This document shows positions 43,419 to 53,907 of a stretch of DNA of 64,000 nt, in pieces. How positions within the stretch are numbered: position 1 is the first letter of the stretch; each line of letters starts with the position of its first letter. The position numbers and the translations under genes are program-made. The DNA comes from an uncultured delta proteobacterium (lineage in GTDB: Bacteria > Desulfobacterota > Desulfobaccia > Desulfobaccales > 0-14-0-80-60-11). The stretch lies in NCBI GenBank assembly GCA_963697965.1, contig OY969108.1, positions 246,467 to 310,466 on the forward strand, given 5' to 3'. The notes beneath the pieces were generated by a model. That model did not search any database and was not told the origin of the DNA. It saw only the letters and a program-made list of their open reading frames with translations.

Positions 43419-44330
43419 ATGTTGACCATCCTGGCGCAAAATGTCCTGAATGCCCTGCAACTGGGGAGCGTTTACGCCCTCATCGCCCTGGGCTATACCA
43501 TGGTCTACGGCATTCTCACTATGATCAACTTCGCCCACGGCGATATCTTCATGGTGAGCAGCTATCTCAGCCTGGCCGGAGCCACCCTGCTGCTGGGCCT
43601 GCCCCTGCGCCTGCCCCCCTTTCTGGTGTTCACCGGGGCACTGGCCTTCAGTATGACCCTCACCGCGCTCCTGGGGGTGACCATCGAACGCCTGGCCTAC
43701 CGGCCATTGCGCCAGGCGCCCCGGGTCTCCGCGGTGATCACCGCCCTGGGGGTGGGCCTGTTCCTGGAAAATTTCACCCTGGGACTGTTGGGGCCGGCGC
43801 CCCGGCACTTTCCCTCGTTGATTACCAATACCCCCTGGCAGGTGGCCGGCCTCACCATTACGCCGCTGCAAGTGCTCATCATCCTGTTGGCCGCGGCCCT
43901 GATGATCCTTCTGGACCTCCTGGTGCGCCGTACCCTGCTGGGCATGGCCATGCGAGCCATCTCCTACCACCGCCCCATCGTGCCCCTCATGGGGGTGTCG
44001 GTTGACCGGGTCATCTCCCTCACCTTCGCCATCGGCTCGGCCATTGCCGCGGCCGGCGGCCTGATGTTCGCCCTGGCCTACCCGGTGCTGGACCCCTATA
44101 TGGGCATCCGCATCGGCTGGTGGGCCTTCATCGCCGCGGTGGTGGGCGGCATCGGCAATATCCGGGGCGCCATGCTGGGAGGCTTTATCCTGGGCGCGGT
44201 GGAAGTCTTCACCCCGCTGCTGCTGCCGTCTTCCACCTACCGGGACTTTGTGGCCTTCTCGCTGCTACTCCTCCTCCTGGTCTTCAAACCCACCGGCCTC
44301 CTGGGCCGCCCGGTGTTTGAAAGGGTGTAA
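43419..44330 (+). CDS. livH: branched-chain amino acid ABC transporter permease
   Basis: 303 aa; LivH-like TM profile (MLTILAQNVLNALQLGSVYALIALGYTMVYG). Confidence 0.88.
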   Translation: MLTILAQNVLNALQLGSVYALIALGYTMVYGILTMINFAHGDIFMVSSYLSLAGATLLLGLPLRLPPFLVFTGALAFSMTLTALLGVTIERLAYRPLRQAPRVSAVITALGVGLFLENFTLGLLGPAPRHFPSLITNTPWQVAGLTITPLQVLIILLAAALMILLDLLVRRTLLGMAMRAISYHRPIVPLMGVSVDRVISLTFAIGSAIAAAGGLMFALAYPVLDPYMGIRIGWWAFIAAVVGGIGNIRGAMLGGFILGAVEVFTPLLLPSSTYRDFVAFSLLLLLLVFKPTGLLGRPVFERV

Positions 44331-44556
44331 AAGCAGTAGCCAGTAGTCAGTAGCCAGTTAGCATTTAGTTTTTTTTTGAGCATTGGCGTTAATGCCAACC
44401 ACTTTAAGTGATTTATCAAAGAACATTAAACAGGAATTGGGCAGGCTATGCCCGCCGAATTTAGGCGGCCACAGGCCGCCCTAAATAAGTTAGGAGAGGA
44501 GGTTTCAAACAGACTGATACTGTCAACTGACTACTGGCTACTGACTACTGTTAATA
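44331..44556. mobile_element. MITE-like 226-nt insert with ~28-nt word-repeat terminal inverted repeats, between livH and livM
   Basis: The left arm GCAGTAGCCAGTAGTCAGTAGCCAGTTAGC (44333-44362) is inverted in CAACTGACTACTGGCTACTGACTACTG (44524-44550). Internal hairpins include ATTTAGGCGGCC aca GGCCGCCCTAAAT. No ORF. Confidence 0.55.
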
Positions 44557-45543
44557 ATGGCAACTTCTGATAAAAGAAAAAAATTCCTGATTTACTCCGG
44601 AGCGGCCCTGTTGCTGGCGGTGGCCCGGGTCTTGCCGGACAGCGGCCTGCTCAACCCCTACGTGGTGCAGATTATGATGTACGTGGGGATCAATATGATC
44701 CTCACTCTAAGCCTCAATCTGGTTAACGGTTACATGGGGGAATTTTCCGTGGGCCATGCCGGCTTCATGGGCATTGGCGCCTACGTAGCCTCCATCCTGA
44801 CGGTGGCGGTGCTGCCCCGCTCCTGGTCGCCCTGGCTCTTCCCGGGGGTGCTGGTGACCGGGGGCCTGGCCGCGGCCGCGGCCGGGCTCATCGTGGCCTA
44901 TCCCTCCTTTCGCACCCGGGGGGATTACCTGGCCATCGTCACCCTGGCCTTCAATATGATCGTCAAGAGTGTACTGGAGAACATCGACGCCGTGGGCGGC
45001 CCCCGAGGCTACCTGGGCATGCCTCGCCTCACCAGCCTCTTCTGGGTGACGGCCTGGGTCCTGATCACCCTGATGGCGCTGCGCAACCTGGTGTACTCCA
45101 ATTTCGGCCGGGGCATCACGGCCATCCGCGAGGACGAGATGGCTGCCAACCTCACTTCGGTGAACACCCGCCGCCTGAAACTTTACGCCTTCCTGATTTC
45201 GGCATTTTTCACCGGACTGGCCGGGGGCCTATACGCCCACCTGCTGCAGTTCATCGACCCCCGGAGCTTCTCCATTCTCAAGTCCACCGACATGCTGGTG
45301 ATGGTCTATCTGGGCGGGGTGGGCAGCCTCACCGGCTCGCTCCTGGGCGCCACCATCTTCACGGTGCTCATGGAACTGCTGCGCTTCCTGGGGATCTGGC
45401 GCTGGGTGGTGGGGCCGCTGCTCCTGGTGCTGTTAATGATCTTTAGGCCCCAGGGCCTCATGGGCTTCAAAGAGGCCCGCTGGCTCAAGCCGGCGCCAAT
45501 ATTTGCCGGAGAGGGAGAGAGCGTGGTGGACGATAAGGAGTGA
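44557..45543 (+). CDS. livM: branched-chain amino acid ABC transporter permease
   Basis: 328 aa with a LivM-like TM profile. Confidence 0.85.
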   Translation: MATSDKRKKFLIYSGAALLLAVARVLPDSGLLNPYVVQIMMYVGINMILTLSLNLVNGYMGEFSVGHAGFMGIGAYVASILTVAVLPRSWSPWLFPGVLVTGGLAAAAAGLIVAYPSFRTRGDYLAIVTLAFNMIVKSVLENIDAVGGPRGYLGMPRLTSLFWVTAWVLITLMALRNLVYSNFGRGITAIREDEMAANLTSVNTRRLKLYAFLISAFFTGLAGGLYAHLLQFIDPRSFSILKSTDMLVMVYLGGVGSLTGSLLGATIFTVLMELLRFLGIWRWVVGPLLLVLLMIFRPQGLMGFKEARWLKPAPIFAGEGESVVDDKE

Positions 45544-45550
45544 ATAAGAT

Positions 45551-45740
45551 GCCGGGTGGACACTGCCCGCCAAATCCCCGGCAAAGAACGCCGGCGGCGA
45601 CAGTTCTCCATTTTTTGTCCCGGTTCCCAATTGGGCTCGAAAACGAAGGAGAATTATATATTGAATCCCGCAATTATCTTTTGTAGGGGCGGGGTTTCCC
45701 CGCCCAGGGCAAACCCACAGGCCAGAGGCCTGTGCCACTG
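45551..45740. repeat. cluster of GC-rich palindromes between livM and livG
   Basis: GCCGGGTGGACACTGCCCGCC; TGTAGGGGCGGGGTTTCCCCGCCC; CACAGGCCAGAGGCCTGTGCCACT (the last is paralogous to 49781-49805). Confidence 0.8.
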
Positions 45741-45864
45741 AGACGCCACCCCTGCAGCCGTGATGGAATCGGGAGTCAAGTATCTAATTCCCAAACGAAG
45801 TTATCGCCACACTCAACCTGGCCATGATATTAAAGCGGGGCGCGGGGCCGACGCTGCCGCGGAA

Positions 45865-46667
<803 letters not shown>

Positions 46668-46668
<1 letters not shown>

Positions 46669-47384
46669 TGACCCCGCCTCCCATCCTCGCGGTTGAAGAC
46701 CTGTGGGTCTCCTATGACCGCATCAACGCGGTGCGGGGGGTCTCTTTTTCCGTGGGGGCCGGCGAGATCGTCACGCTGATCGGAGCCAACGGCGCCGGTA
46801 AATCCACCATCTTGCAGGCGATTTCGGGACTCTTGCCGGTGGCCCGGGGACGGGTTTCCTTCCTGGAGGAGAATCTGCTCCGCTTGCCGGCGCACCTCCG
46901 GGTTAAGCAAGGGGTGGCTCATGTACCTGAGGGCCGAGGCATCTTCGGCAACCTGACGGTTCTGGAAAATCTGCGCCTGGCGGCCTACCTGCGCCGGGAC
47001 GGCCAAATCCAGGGGGACATGGAGGAGGTCTTCCACCTCTTTCCCCGCCTGGGGGAACGGCGCCACCAGTGGGGCAACACCCTGTCCGGCGGAGAACAGC
47101 AGATGCTGGCGGTGGGAAGGGCCTTGATGAGCAGGGCCAGGCTCTTGCTGTTGGATGAGCCCTCCATGGGCCTGGCCCCCTTCCTGGTGCGGGATATCTT
47201 CCGGGTGATCCGGCGGATCAACCGCCAGGGGACCGCCATCCTGCTGGTGGAGCAAAACGCCAATCTGGCCCTGGAGGTGGCCCACCGGGGCTATATCCTG
47301 GAGACCGGAGAGATCATTCTATCCGGCCCGGCCAGCGAACTGCGCCATCACCCCCAGGTGCGGGAGGCCTACCTGGGGGCGTAG
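46668..47384 (+). CDS. livF: branched-chain amino acid ABC transporter ATP-binding protein
   Basis: GANGAGKST, LSGGEQQMLAVGRAL, LLLDEPSMGLAP; 238 aa. Confidence 0.88.
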
Positions 47385-47413
47385 AGGCGGCCCGGCGGGT
47401 CGCCCCCGGCTCC

Positions 47414-47869
47414 TCAATCTTCTGCGATCTTGACGATGTGGTGGACCCGGAGAAACAACCCGGGTTTCAGGGGGGAGAGCTCACCGTAGATCAGAATGTG
47501 GTCCAGCCGCTTGACCTTATACTGCTTTTCCTGCTCCGGGCTCAGGGCCGCCAGGTCGTAGTAGCCCTCCATTTTATCCGAGGCGTAGGTGGCAAACCAT
47601 TTCAGCCGGTACCAACTCACCGGGTAGCGGAACAGGGTCAGGTAATTCCTCAGCACGGCCGGATCATAGGTGAGATATTGCCAAAAATAGGCCCGGACGC
47701 AAACCAGGTCGCCAGCCTTGAGCCCGGCCCGGTCGGGGTGCAGCAGATCCTGATAGTCGATGGCGCGATAGGCCTGGGCGTCGAAGTTCGGGGGCAGCGG
47801 CCGCAGTTCGCCGCAGGCGCTCGCCGCCAGAAAGACGGCCAGGGCCAGCCAGATCCCTAAATAACGCAT
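47414..47869 (-). CDS. hypothetical lipoprotein
   Basis: MRYLGIWLALAVFLAASACG lipobox from ATG 47869 (the ORF is open to 47926). No recognised family. Confidence 0.5.
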   Translation of the reverse strand: MRYLGIWLALAVFLAASACGELRPLPPNFDAQAYRAIDYQDLLHPDRAGLKAGDLVCVRAYFWQYLTYDPAVLRNYLTLFRYPVSWYRLKWFATYASDKMEGYYDLAALSPEQEKQYKVKRLDHILIYGELSPLKPGLFLRVHHIVKIAED

Positions 47870-48060
47870 CCTTCGACCGGCGTCCCCGGCTGCTCCGGGA
47901 CGGGCGGCCGCCGCTTTCCTCATCAATACGCGCTCCCGTTTCGAAAAATTGGCGCCGCCCCTTTCCTCCAGCCGGCGCCGCCCCGGCGGGAGGCACAGAG
48001 GAACCCGCCGCTGGGGTAATGCTTAATAATTGTCCTGAGATTTCCAACCACGGTTTTTGA

Positions 48061-48145
48061 TCCCCCCTTTGAAAAAGGGGGGCAGGGGGGATTTGAAGTA
48101 ACCTCCTGAACTCCCCCTAAATCCCCCTTTTCCAAAGGGGAACTT
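48061..48145 (+). repeat. composite two-hairpin element (CCCCCTTTGAAAAAGGGGG ... CCCCTTTTCCAAAGGGG)
   Basis: Same architecture and orientation as 61731-61816. Confidence 0.8.
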
Positions 48146-48249
48146 TAAGACCCTTGGAACTGAGATTTTCTTGATTTAATGCCATTCTCTTTACAAAGCA
48201 CCACGTTAGTATTGTGCCCCACGGAACCGATGCCTAAATGCTTTGCCTT

Positions 48250-48354
48250 TTCCCCTCCCCCTTGAGGGGGCGACAGGTGGGGGTGGTAAATTGTCTTTCT
48301 TTTACCGTATGTTGCCACCCTCCCCCCAACCCCCTCCCCTCAAGGGAGGGGTGG
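48250..48354. repeat. C/G-tract palindromes (CCCCTCCCCCTTGAGGGGG ; CCCTCCCCTCAAGGGAGGGG)
   Basis: Read directly; abuts the M20 peptidase stop codon. Related tracts lie at 19262-19285, 19505-19550, 43300-43340 and 50310-50340. Confidence 0.75.
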
Positions 48355-48357
48355 TTC

Positions 48358-49593
48358 TCAAGCCGCCAGAAACACGTGGGCCAGCACCCGGGCGTCCCCC
48401 AGGAGGTTGCTCAGCAGGCAGAATTCGTTGGGCTGGTGGGCGGTGTCGCTTACCGTCATCCAGACCGCGGCCGGCAGCCCCTGCTGGCGGAAAAAGGCGG
48501 CCACCGTGCCGCCGCCGATGCCCTGGGGGGTAGCCTCACGGCCATAGACTTCCCGGATAGCCTTTTGCAAGGCCAGGACCACCGGCGCCGCAGGCTCGGT
48601 GGGGGGGGCGCTGGGCAGCTCCTGCACCGGCTCCACTTCCAGGGTTACGCCGAACTTTGCCGCCACCTCGGCGCCGAGGGCCCGGACCCGGCCCACCACC
48701 CGGGCCAGGTCAAGCTCCGGCAGCACCCGGCAGTCCAGGTAAAAGACGTCCCGTCCCGGAATGGTGTTGATATTGTCGACATTGGCCTCCTTGCGGGTAG
48801 GCTCGAAGGTGCTCTCCGGCGGCTGGAAGAGCTCGTTTTTTATGGGAAATTCTTGCGACAACCCTTCCAGGGCCACGATCAGGTGGGCACAAGCCCTGAG
48901 GGTGTTGCGCCCCAACTCGGGGCGGGAGGCATGGGCCTGACTGCCCAGCAGGGTCAGCTTCAGCCACAGGATCGATTTCTCCGCTACTTCGATGAGGGTG
49001 CCGTCCGCACTGCCGGCGTCGGGCACGATGATCAGGTCCTCCCGGGAGAAGAGGTGGGGCTTCTCACGCAATAAAAACTCCAGGCCCAGGTGGCTGCCGG
49101 TCTCTTCGTCGGCCACCAGGGCCAGGGCCACGGTGCGCTCCGGCGTCAGCCCCAGGTCCAGGAAGGCCTTGGCCGCCATCAGGGAGATGACGATGCCCTG
49201 GTGATTATCCTCGGTGCCCCGGCCATAGAGGCGGTCTCCCTCCACCTTCAGGGTAAAGGGGTCGGAGTGCCAGAGGGAAAGGTCCCCCGGCGGCACCACG
49301 TCCAGGTGGCTGAGGACCCAGACCTTCTCCGGCCGCCGCCCCGGCAGCCAGGCCACCAGGTTAGGGCGCTGGCCTTCGGCCAGGCGGGCATCCGGGGCCG
49401 GGAAGGAGTCAACCTTGAGGCCCCAGCTTTCCAACAGTTCTTTCAGGAAGGCGGCTTTAGCTCCTTCGCCGGGGCCGCCGTTTTCCGGTCCCACCGCATT
49501 GCGGCGCACCAGTTGCCGCTGCAGCTCCACGGTTTCCTGGCCATAGCTGGCGAGAAGCTCAGAAAGGCGCTGGAAGTCATCATCCCGGCTCAT
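48358..49593 (-). CDS. M20 family metallopeptidase (ArgE/DapE-like)
   Basis: HLDVVP, ADEETG and dimerisation-domain pattern. ATG 49593 has AGGGAG 7 nt upstream (the ORF is open to 49620). Confidence 0.75.
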   Translation of the reverse strand: MSRDDDFQRLSELLASYGQETVELQRQLVRRNAVGPENGGPGEGAKAAFLKELLESWGLKVDSFPAPDARLAEGQRPNLVAWLPGRRPEKVWVLSHLDVVPPGDLSLWHSDPFTLKVEGDRLYGRGTEDNHQGIVISLMAAKAFLDLGLTPERTVALALVADEETGSHLGLEFLLREKPHLFSREDLIIVPDAGSADGTLIEVAEKSILWLKLTLLGSQAHASRPELGRNTLRACAHLIVALEGLSQEFPIKNELFQPPESTFEPTRKEANVDNINTIPGRDVFYLDCRVLPELDLARVVGRVRALGAEVAAKFGVTLEVEPVQELPSAPPTEPAAPVVLALQKAIREVYGREATPQGIGGGTVAAFFRQQGLPAAVWMTVSDTAHQPNEFCLLSNLLGDARVLAHVFLAA

Positions 49594-49762
49594 CAAAGGC
49601 TCCCTAAATCTTCGACCCAAGGCGAAAAAAGGCCAAAAATAAAATTAACGAACAGTCCCCCGAGCTTTTCCTTCGTCCTGCCATCATATATAATTCTGTT
49701 CTTTAAGGGCAAGTGGTGTTTTGCCGATGGCCGCCTGATTTACCCGGGCGGGGAAACCGGCT

Positions 49763-49805
49763 GCGTAGGGGCGACCCAATCACAGGCTGGAAGCCTGTGC
49801 CACTA
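49763..49805. repeat. GTAGGGGCGACCC / CACAGGCTGGAAGCCTGTGCCACT palindromes
   Basis: Paralogous to 45682-45740. Confidence 0.75.
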
Positions 49806-49879
49806 TGCGCCGGCGCGGAGCAACCCCGAGCCTTAAGAAACTTTCGCAGCCCACCAAGCCAAGGAGGTCAGAGAGGCCC

Positions 49880-50287
49880 ATGAAGATCAAGCGCATCGCC
49901 CACTTAGGAATCGCGGTAAAGGACCTGGACCCCCCCAAGAAGCTCTACCAGGAGAACCTGGGGCTGAAACTCAAGGGGGAAGAGGTGGTGGAGAGCCAGA
50001 ATGTCCGGGTGAGCTTCCTCCAGGTGGGGGAGTCAAGCCTGGAGCTGCTGCTGCCCACCGCGGCCGACAGCCCGGTGGCCAAGTTTCTGGAGAACAAGGG
50101 GGAAGGCTTTCACCACCTGGCCCTGGAGGTGGATGATATCGAGGCGGCGGTGGCGGAACTGAAGGCGGCCGGGGTGCGGCTCATCGATGAAACCCCCCGG
50201 GAAGGGGCCCACGGCTCCCGGGTGGCCTTCATCCACCCCAAGGCCACCTTCGGCCTGTTGGTGGAGCTGTGCCAATTCAGCCATTGA
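49880..50287 (+). CDS. mce: methylmalonyl-CoA epimerase (VOC/glyoxalase fold)
   Basis: IAHLGIAVKDL, GFHHLALEVDD, AFIHPK...GLLVEL. ATG 49880 follows AAGGAGG/GAGAGG. Confidence 0.7.
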   Translation: MKIKRIAHLGIAVKDLDPPKKLYQENLGLKLKGEEVVESQNVRVSFLQVGESSLELLLPTAADSPVAKFLENKGEGFHHLALEVDDIEAAVAELKAAGVRLIDETPREGAHGSRVAFIHPKATFGLLVELCQFSH

Positions 50288-50351
50288 AGCCTGCCGCCGC
50301 CCCTCGAGGCTAATCCCCACCTCTCCCCCTTGGGGGGGGTATGAATGTTCT

Positions 50352-50456
50352 TGTAGGGGCGCACCCATGTGTGCGCCCCTTACGAAAAAGGGGGCAGTAG
50401 GTGGGGGCGGGGTTTAAACCCGCCCCTACAGGGCGGACACATGGGTCCGCCCCTAC
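50352..50456. repeat. three consecutive GC-rich hairpins
   Basis: TGTAGGGGCGCACCCATGTGTGCGCCCCTTA; GTGGGGGCGGGGTTTAAACCCGCCCCTAC; AGGGCGGACACATGGGTCCGCCCCTAC. Confidence 0.85.
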
Positions 50457-50521
50457 GAAAAACCAGGCAAAGCCACCCCTGACCCGGTGTCGTCCCCTCG
50501 CAGGGAAGAGGTCCCAACCCC

Positions 50522-51328
50522 ATGGCCATCACCAATGCGGCCCTGGCCTCCCAGGTGCAGGTCAACATCCCCTTTTCCTACCTGCTGCGGGGCTATTTGG
50601 AGCGTTTCCTGGAATTGGGCCTCAATCCCGAGATCGGCCTGGATGCATTCAGTTTAAGCCGCTATCCTCCCCGGGTCTTCCGCAAGGCGGCCCGGGCCTT
50701 TCAGGCCGCTGGCAGGCGAATCACGCTGCACGCCCCCTTCCAGGACCTGCTGCCGGGATCGCTGGATGACGCCATCCTGGCCGCCTCCCGGCGGCGCCTG
50801 CGCCTGGCGTTTTCCTATCTGCCGGTTTTCCGGCCGTTTTCGGTGGTCTGCCACCTGGGTTTTGATTCCCGGCTCTATGGCGACGACCTCGAGGAATATC
50901 TGGCCCGGTCTGCGGCCACCTGGAAGGAGCTGTCCTCCCGAGCCGCGGCCCAGGGGGACGTGCGAGTCATGCTGGAAAATGTCTACGAGACCGATCCGGA
51001 ACTGCTGCTTAAGATTATTCGCCGGGTGGCTGCCCCCAATCTCCAGGTTTGCCTGGATGCGGGCCATCTGTTCGCCTTCGGGGGCGGCGACCTGGCCCGC
51101 TGGCTCGACACCCTGGCTCCGGTTATCGGGCAGTTGCATCTCCACGACAACCGCGGCGACGCCGATTCCCACCTGGCCCTGGGAGCCGGGACCATTCCCT
51201 GGCAACAAATTCTGCGTTTCCTGGCGGATCGCGGGCAGCGGCCCCTCATCACCCTGGAGCCTCACCAGGAAGGCAGCCTGCAACCCTCCCTGGAGGCCCT
51301 GGCGCAAATTTGGCCCTGGGAAGACTGA
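50522..51328 (+). CDS. sugar phosphate isomerase/epimerase-like TIM-barrel protein
   Basis: 268 aa; ITLHAPF, MLENV and LHLHDN motifs of the xylose-isomerase-like TIM family. Confidence 0.55.
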   Translation: MAITNAALASQVQVNIPFSYLLRGYLERFLELGLNPEIGLDAFSLSRYPPRVFRKAARAFQAAGRRITLHAPFQDLLPGSLDDAILAASRRRLRLAFSYLPVFRPFSVVCHLGFDSRLYGDDLEEYLARSAATWKELSSRAAAQGDVRVMLENVYETDPELLLKIIRRVAAPNLQVCLDAGHLFAFGGGDLARWLDTLAPVIGQLHLHDNRGDADSHLALGAGTIPWQQILRFLADRGQRPLITLEPHQEGSLQPSLEALAQIWPWED

Positions 51329-51365
51329 TAAAGGCAGTTTTCGGTTTTCGGTTTTCGGTTTTCGG
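51328..51365 (+). repeat. ATAAAGGCAG(TTTTCGG)4 element on the stop codon
   Basis: The first 31 nt are identical to 43153-43183. Confidence 0.9.
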
Positions 51366-51522
51366 TGAGAGTCCGAGTTAAGGCCTTTAGCGGAGACAGC
51401 AAACAGATATCCTTTACAGCCTGACACCTTATCGTTACAATAGTGGCCAGGGAAAATCGCCGCTCCTGCGAGGGGCAAACCGCGGCGGCGATTCCCTTGA
51501 CTGACGAGGGCTGGCTCACCCT

Positions 51523-52680
51523 ATGAAGCGATTGTCCATCCTGGGCTCCACCGGGTCGATCGGCCGGAGCACCCTGGCGGTGGTGGCGGAATACCCCGAT
51601 AACTTTGCGGTGGTAGGGCTGGCTGCCGGCAAGAACGTCGAACTGCTGGCGGAGCAGGTGGCGCGTTTCCACCCGGCGCTGGTTTCAGTGCAGGATGAGG
51701 AGGCGGCGGCCCGGCTCCGAGAGCTGGTGGCCCCGGGCCCGGAAATCCTGGCAGGGCGGGCCGGCGCTCTGGCGGTAGCCACCGCTTCGGTGGAGATGGT
51801 GGTGTCCGCCATGGTGGGGGTGGTGGGCCTGGAACCCACCCTGGCGGCGATTCGGGCCGGTCTGCCGGTGGCCCTGGCCAACAAGGAGACCTTGGTGGCC
51901 GCCGGTCCCTTGGTGATGAACCTGGCCCGGGAACGGGGCGTCCCCCTGATTCCGGTGGACAGCGAACACAGCGCCATCTTCCAAGCCCTCCAGGGGCAGC
52001 GCCGCGCCGATATCCGCCGCCTCTGGCTCACCGCCTCCGGGGGACCGTTTCGCTCCTGGGGGGCGGACCGACTGGAACGGGCCACCGCGGACCAGGCCCT
52101 GAAGCACCCCAACTGGAGCATGGGGCCCAAGATCACCATTGACTCCGCTACCCTGATGAACAAGGCACTGGAAGTGATCGAGGCCTCGGTATTGTTCGGA
52201 CTGCCGGTGGACCAGATCGGGGTCTATGTCCACCCCCAGAGCATCGTCCATTCCCTGGTGGAGTTTGTGGACGGGTCGGTCATCGCCCAGTTGGGAGTTC
52301 CGGACATGCGCCTGCCCATTGCCTATGCCCTGAATTATCCGCGCCGCCTGCCCCTGGATTCTCCCCCTCTGGATCTGTGCCAGGTTGCCCAGCTCACCTT
52401 TGAGACCCCTGACCAGACCCGGTTCCCGGGCCTGGCCCTGGGCTACGCCGCGGCCCGCACCGGCGGCACCATGCCCGCGGTGCTCAATGCGGCCAACGAA
52501 GTGGCGGTGGCCGCCTTCCTGGACGGCCGCCTCAGCTTCCCGGAGATCCCCCGGGTAGTGGCCCGGACCATGGCGGCCCATGAAGCCGGCGAGCTCACCG
52601 ACCTGGGCCAGGTCCTGACGGTCAATGAATGGGCCAGGGATTTTGCCGCGGGCCTGATACCTCCCAAGGTTGGCGACTAA
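51523..52680 (+). CDS. dxr: 1-deoxy-D-xylulose 5-phosphate reductoisomerase
   Basis: LGSTGSIG, LANKE, DSEHSA, NKALEVIEA motifs; 385 aa. Confidence 0.92.
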   Translation: MKRLSILGSTGSIGRSTLAVVAEYPDNFAVVGLAAGKNVELLAEQVARFHPALVSVQDEEAAARLRELVAPGPEILAGRAGALAVATASVEMVVSAMVGVVGLEPTLAAIRAGLPVALANKETLVAAGPLVMNLARERGVPLIPVDSEHSAIFQALQGQRRADIRRLWLTASGGPFRSWGADRLERATADQALKHPNWSMGPKITIDSATLMNKALEVIEASVLFGLPVDQIGVYVHPQSIVHSLVEFVDGSVIAQLGVPDMRLPIAYALNYPRRLPLDSPPLDLCQVAQLTFETPDQTRFPGLALGYAAARTGGTMPAVLNAANEVAVAAFLDGRLSFPEIPRVVARTMAAHEAGELTDLGQVLTVNEWARDFAAGLIPPKVGD

Positions 52681-52821
52681 AGAGATGGGCTTCCTCTCAG
52701 CCGGCCAGGCCTGGCCAGAGCGAAGCGGCCCGGCAGCTCCGGGAAAAGGCCCCTTAGCCTCCCGGCCAACGAGTTCCAGGAAGGCTAATTCAAACAGTTT
52801 CGAGGAGAACCACCACCAAAC

Positions 52822-53901
52822 ATGTCCATCATAATCACTATCCTGGCGACCATTTTTGTGCTGGGGATTCTGATCTTCGTCCATGAATTAGGGCATTTCC
52901 TGGTAGCCAAGCTCTTTGGGGTTAGGGTGGAGGCCTTCTCCCTGGGCTTCCCCCCGCAACTGGTGCATAAAAAGATCGGGGACACCGACTACCGCCTGTC
53001 GGTGGTGCCCCTGGGGGGTTATGTCAAGATGCTGGGGGAAAACCCCGGCGAGGAGATCCCTCCGGAGCTGCAACCCTTCTCCTTCATGCACCAGCCCCTT
53101 TGGCACCGCTTCCTCATCGTCCTGGCCGGGCCGATCTCCAACCTGATCCTGGCCTTTCTGGTCTTCCTCCTGGTCTTTGCCGTAAACGGCATTCCCTACC
53201 TCACCACGGTAATCACGGAGGTGCAGCAAAATTCCCCGGCGGCGGCCGCGGGCCTGCAACCGGGCGATCAGGTGCTGGAGCTAAATGGCCGGCCGGTGAA
53301 GCGCTGGGAGGACCTTCCCCCCATAATTCGCCAGACAGGTGAGCACCCTCTCGATTTGACCCTGAAGCGGGGCCAGAAGATAATCACGGTGAAAGTCACC
53401 CCCCACAGAGAGGAAGTACCCAACATCTTCGGCGGCAAATCCTCCGCAGTGATCATCGGCATCCTTAACAATAAAAACCTGGCCCTTGACGACGTGGGGC
53501 TGGGGCGGGCCTTTGTCCGGGCCGGCGACACCACCTGGGGGGTCGCCTACCTCACCACCCTCAGCCTTTATAAAGTCGTGGCCGGCGAGGCGCCCCTGAA
53601 GGGCCTGGGCGGGCCCATCCTCATCGCCCAGGTGGCGGGCCAGGAGGCGAAGGCGGGAGCGGCGCCGCTGTTGCAATTCCTGGCAACCCTGAGTGTCAAC
53701 CTCTTCCTGCTCAATCTGCTGCCCATCCCCATCCTGGACGGCGGCCACCTGCTTTTCTGCGCCCTGGAGGCGGTGCGGCGCAAGCCGGTGGAGATCCAGC
53801 ACCGGGAAATCGCCCAGGGGGTGGGCCTGATGCTGATCCTGGCCTTGATGATCCTGGTATTTTACCAGGATATCGCCCGGCTGGTGAATCCGCCCCACTG
53901 A
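52822..53901 (+). CDS. rseP: RIP (site-2) zinc metalloprotease RseP
   Basis: HELGHF zinc motif, PDZ domain, and C-terminal NLLPIPILDGG. Confidence 0.9.
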   Translation: MSIIITILATIFVLGILIFVHELGHFLVAKLFGVRVEAFSLGFPPQLVHKKIGDTDYRLSVVPLGGYVKMLGENPGEEIPPELQPFSFMHQPLWHRFLIVLAGPISNLILAFLVFLLVFAVNGIPYLTTVITEVQQNSPAAAAGLQPGDQVLELNGRPVKRWEDLPPIIRQTGEHPLDLTLKRGQKIITVKVTPHREEVPNIFGGKSSAVIIGILNNKNLALDDVGLGRAFVRAGDTTWGVAYLTTLSLYKVVAGEAPLKGLGGPILIAQVAGQEAKAGAAPLLQFLATLSVNLFLLNLLPIPILDGGHLLFCALEAVRRKPVEIQHREIAQGVGLMLILALMILVFYQDIARLVNPPH

Positions 53902-53907
53902 GGTGGC

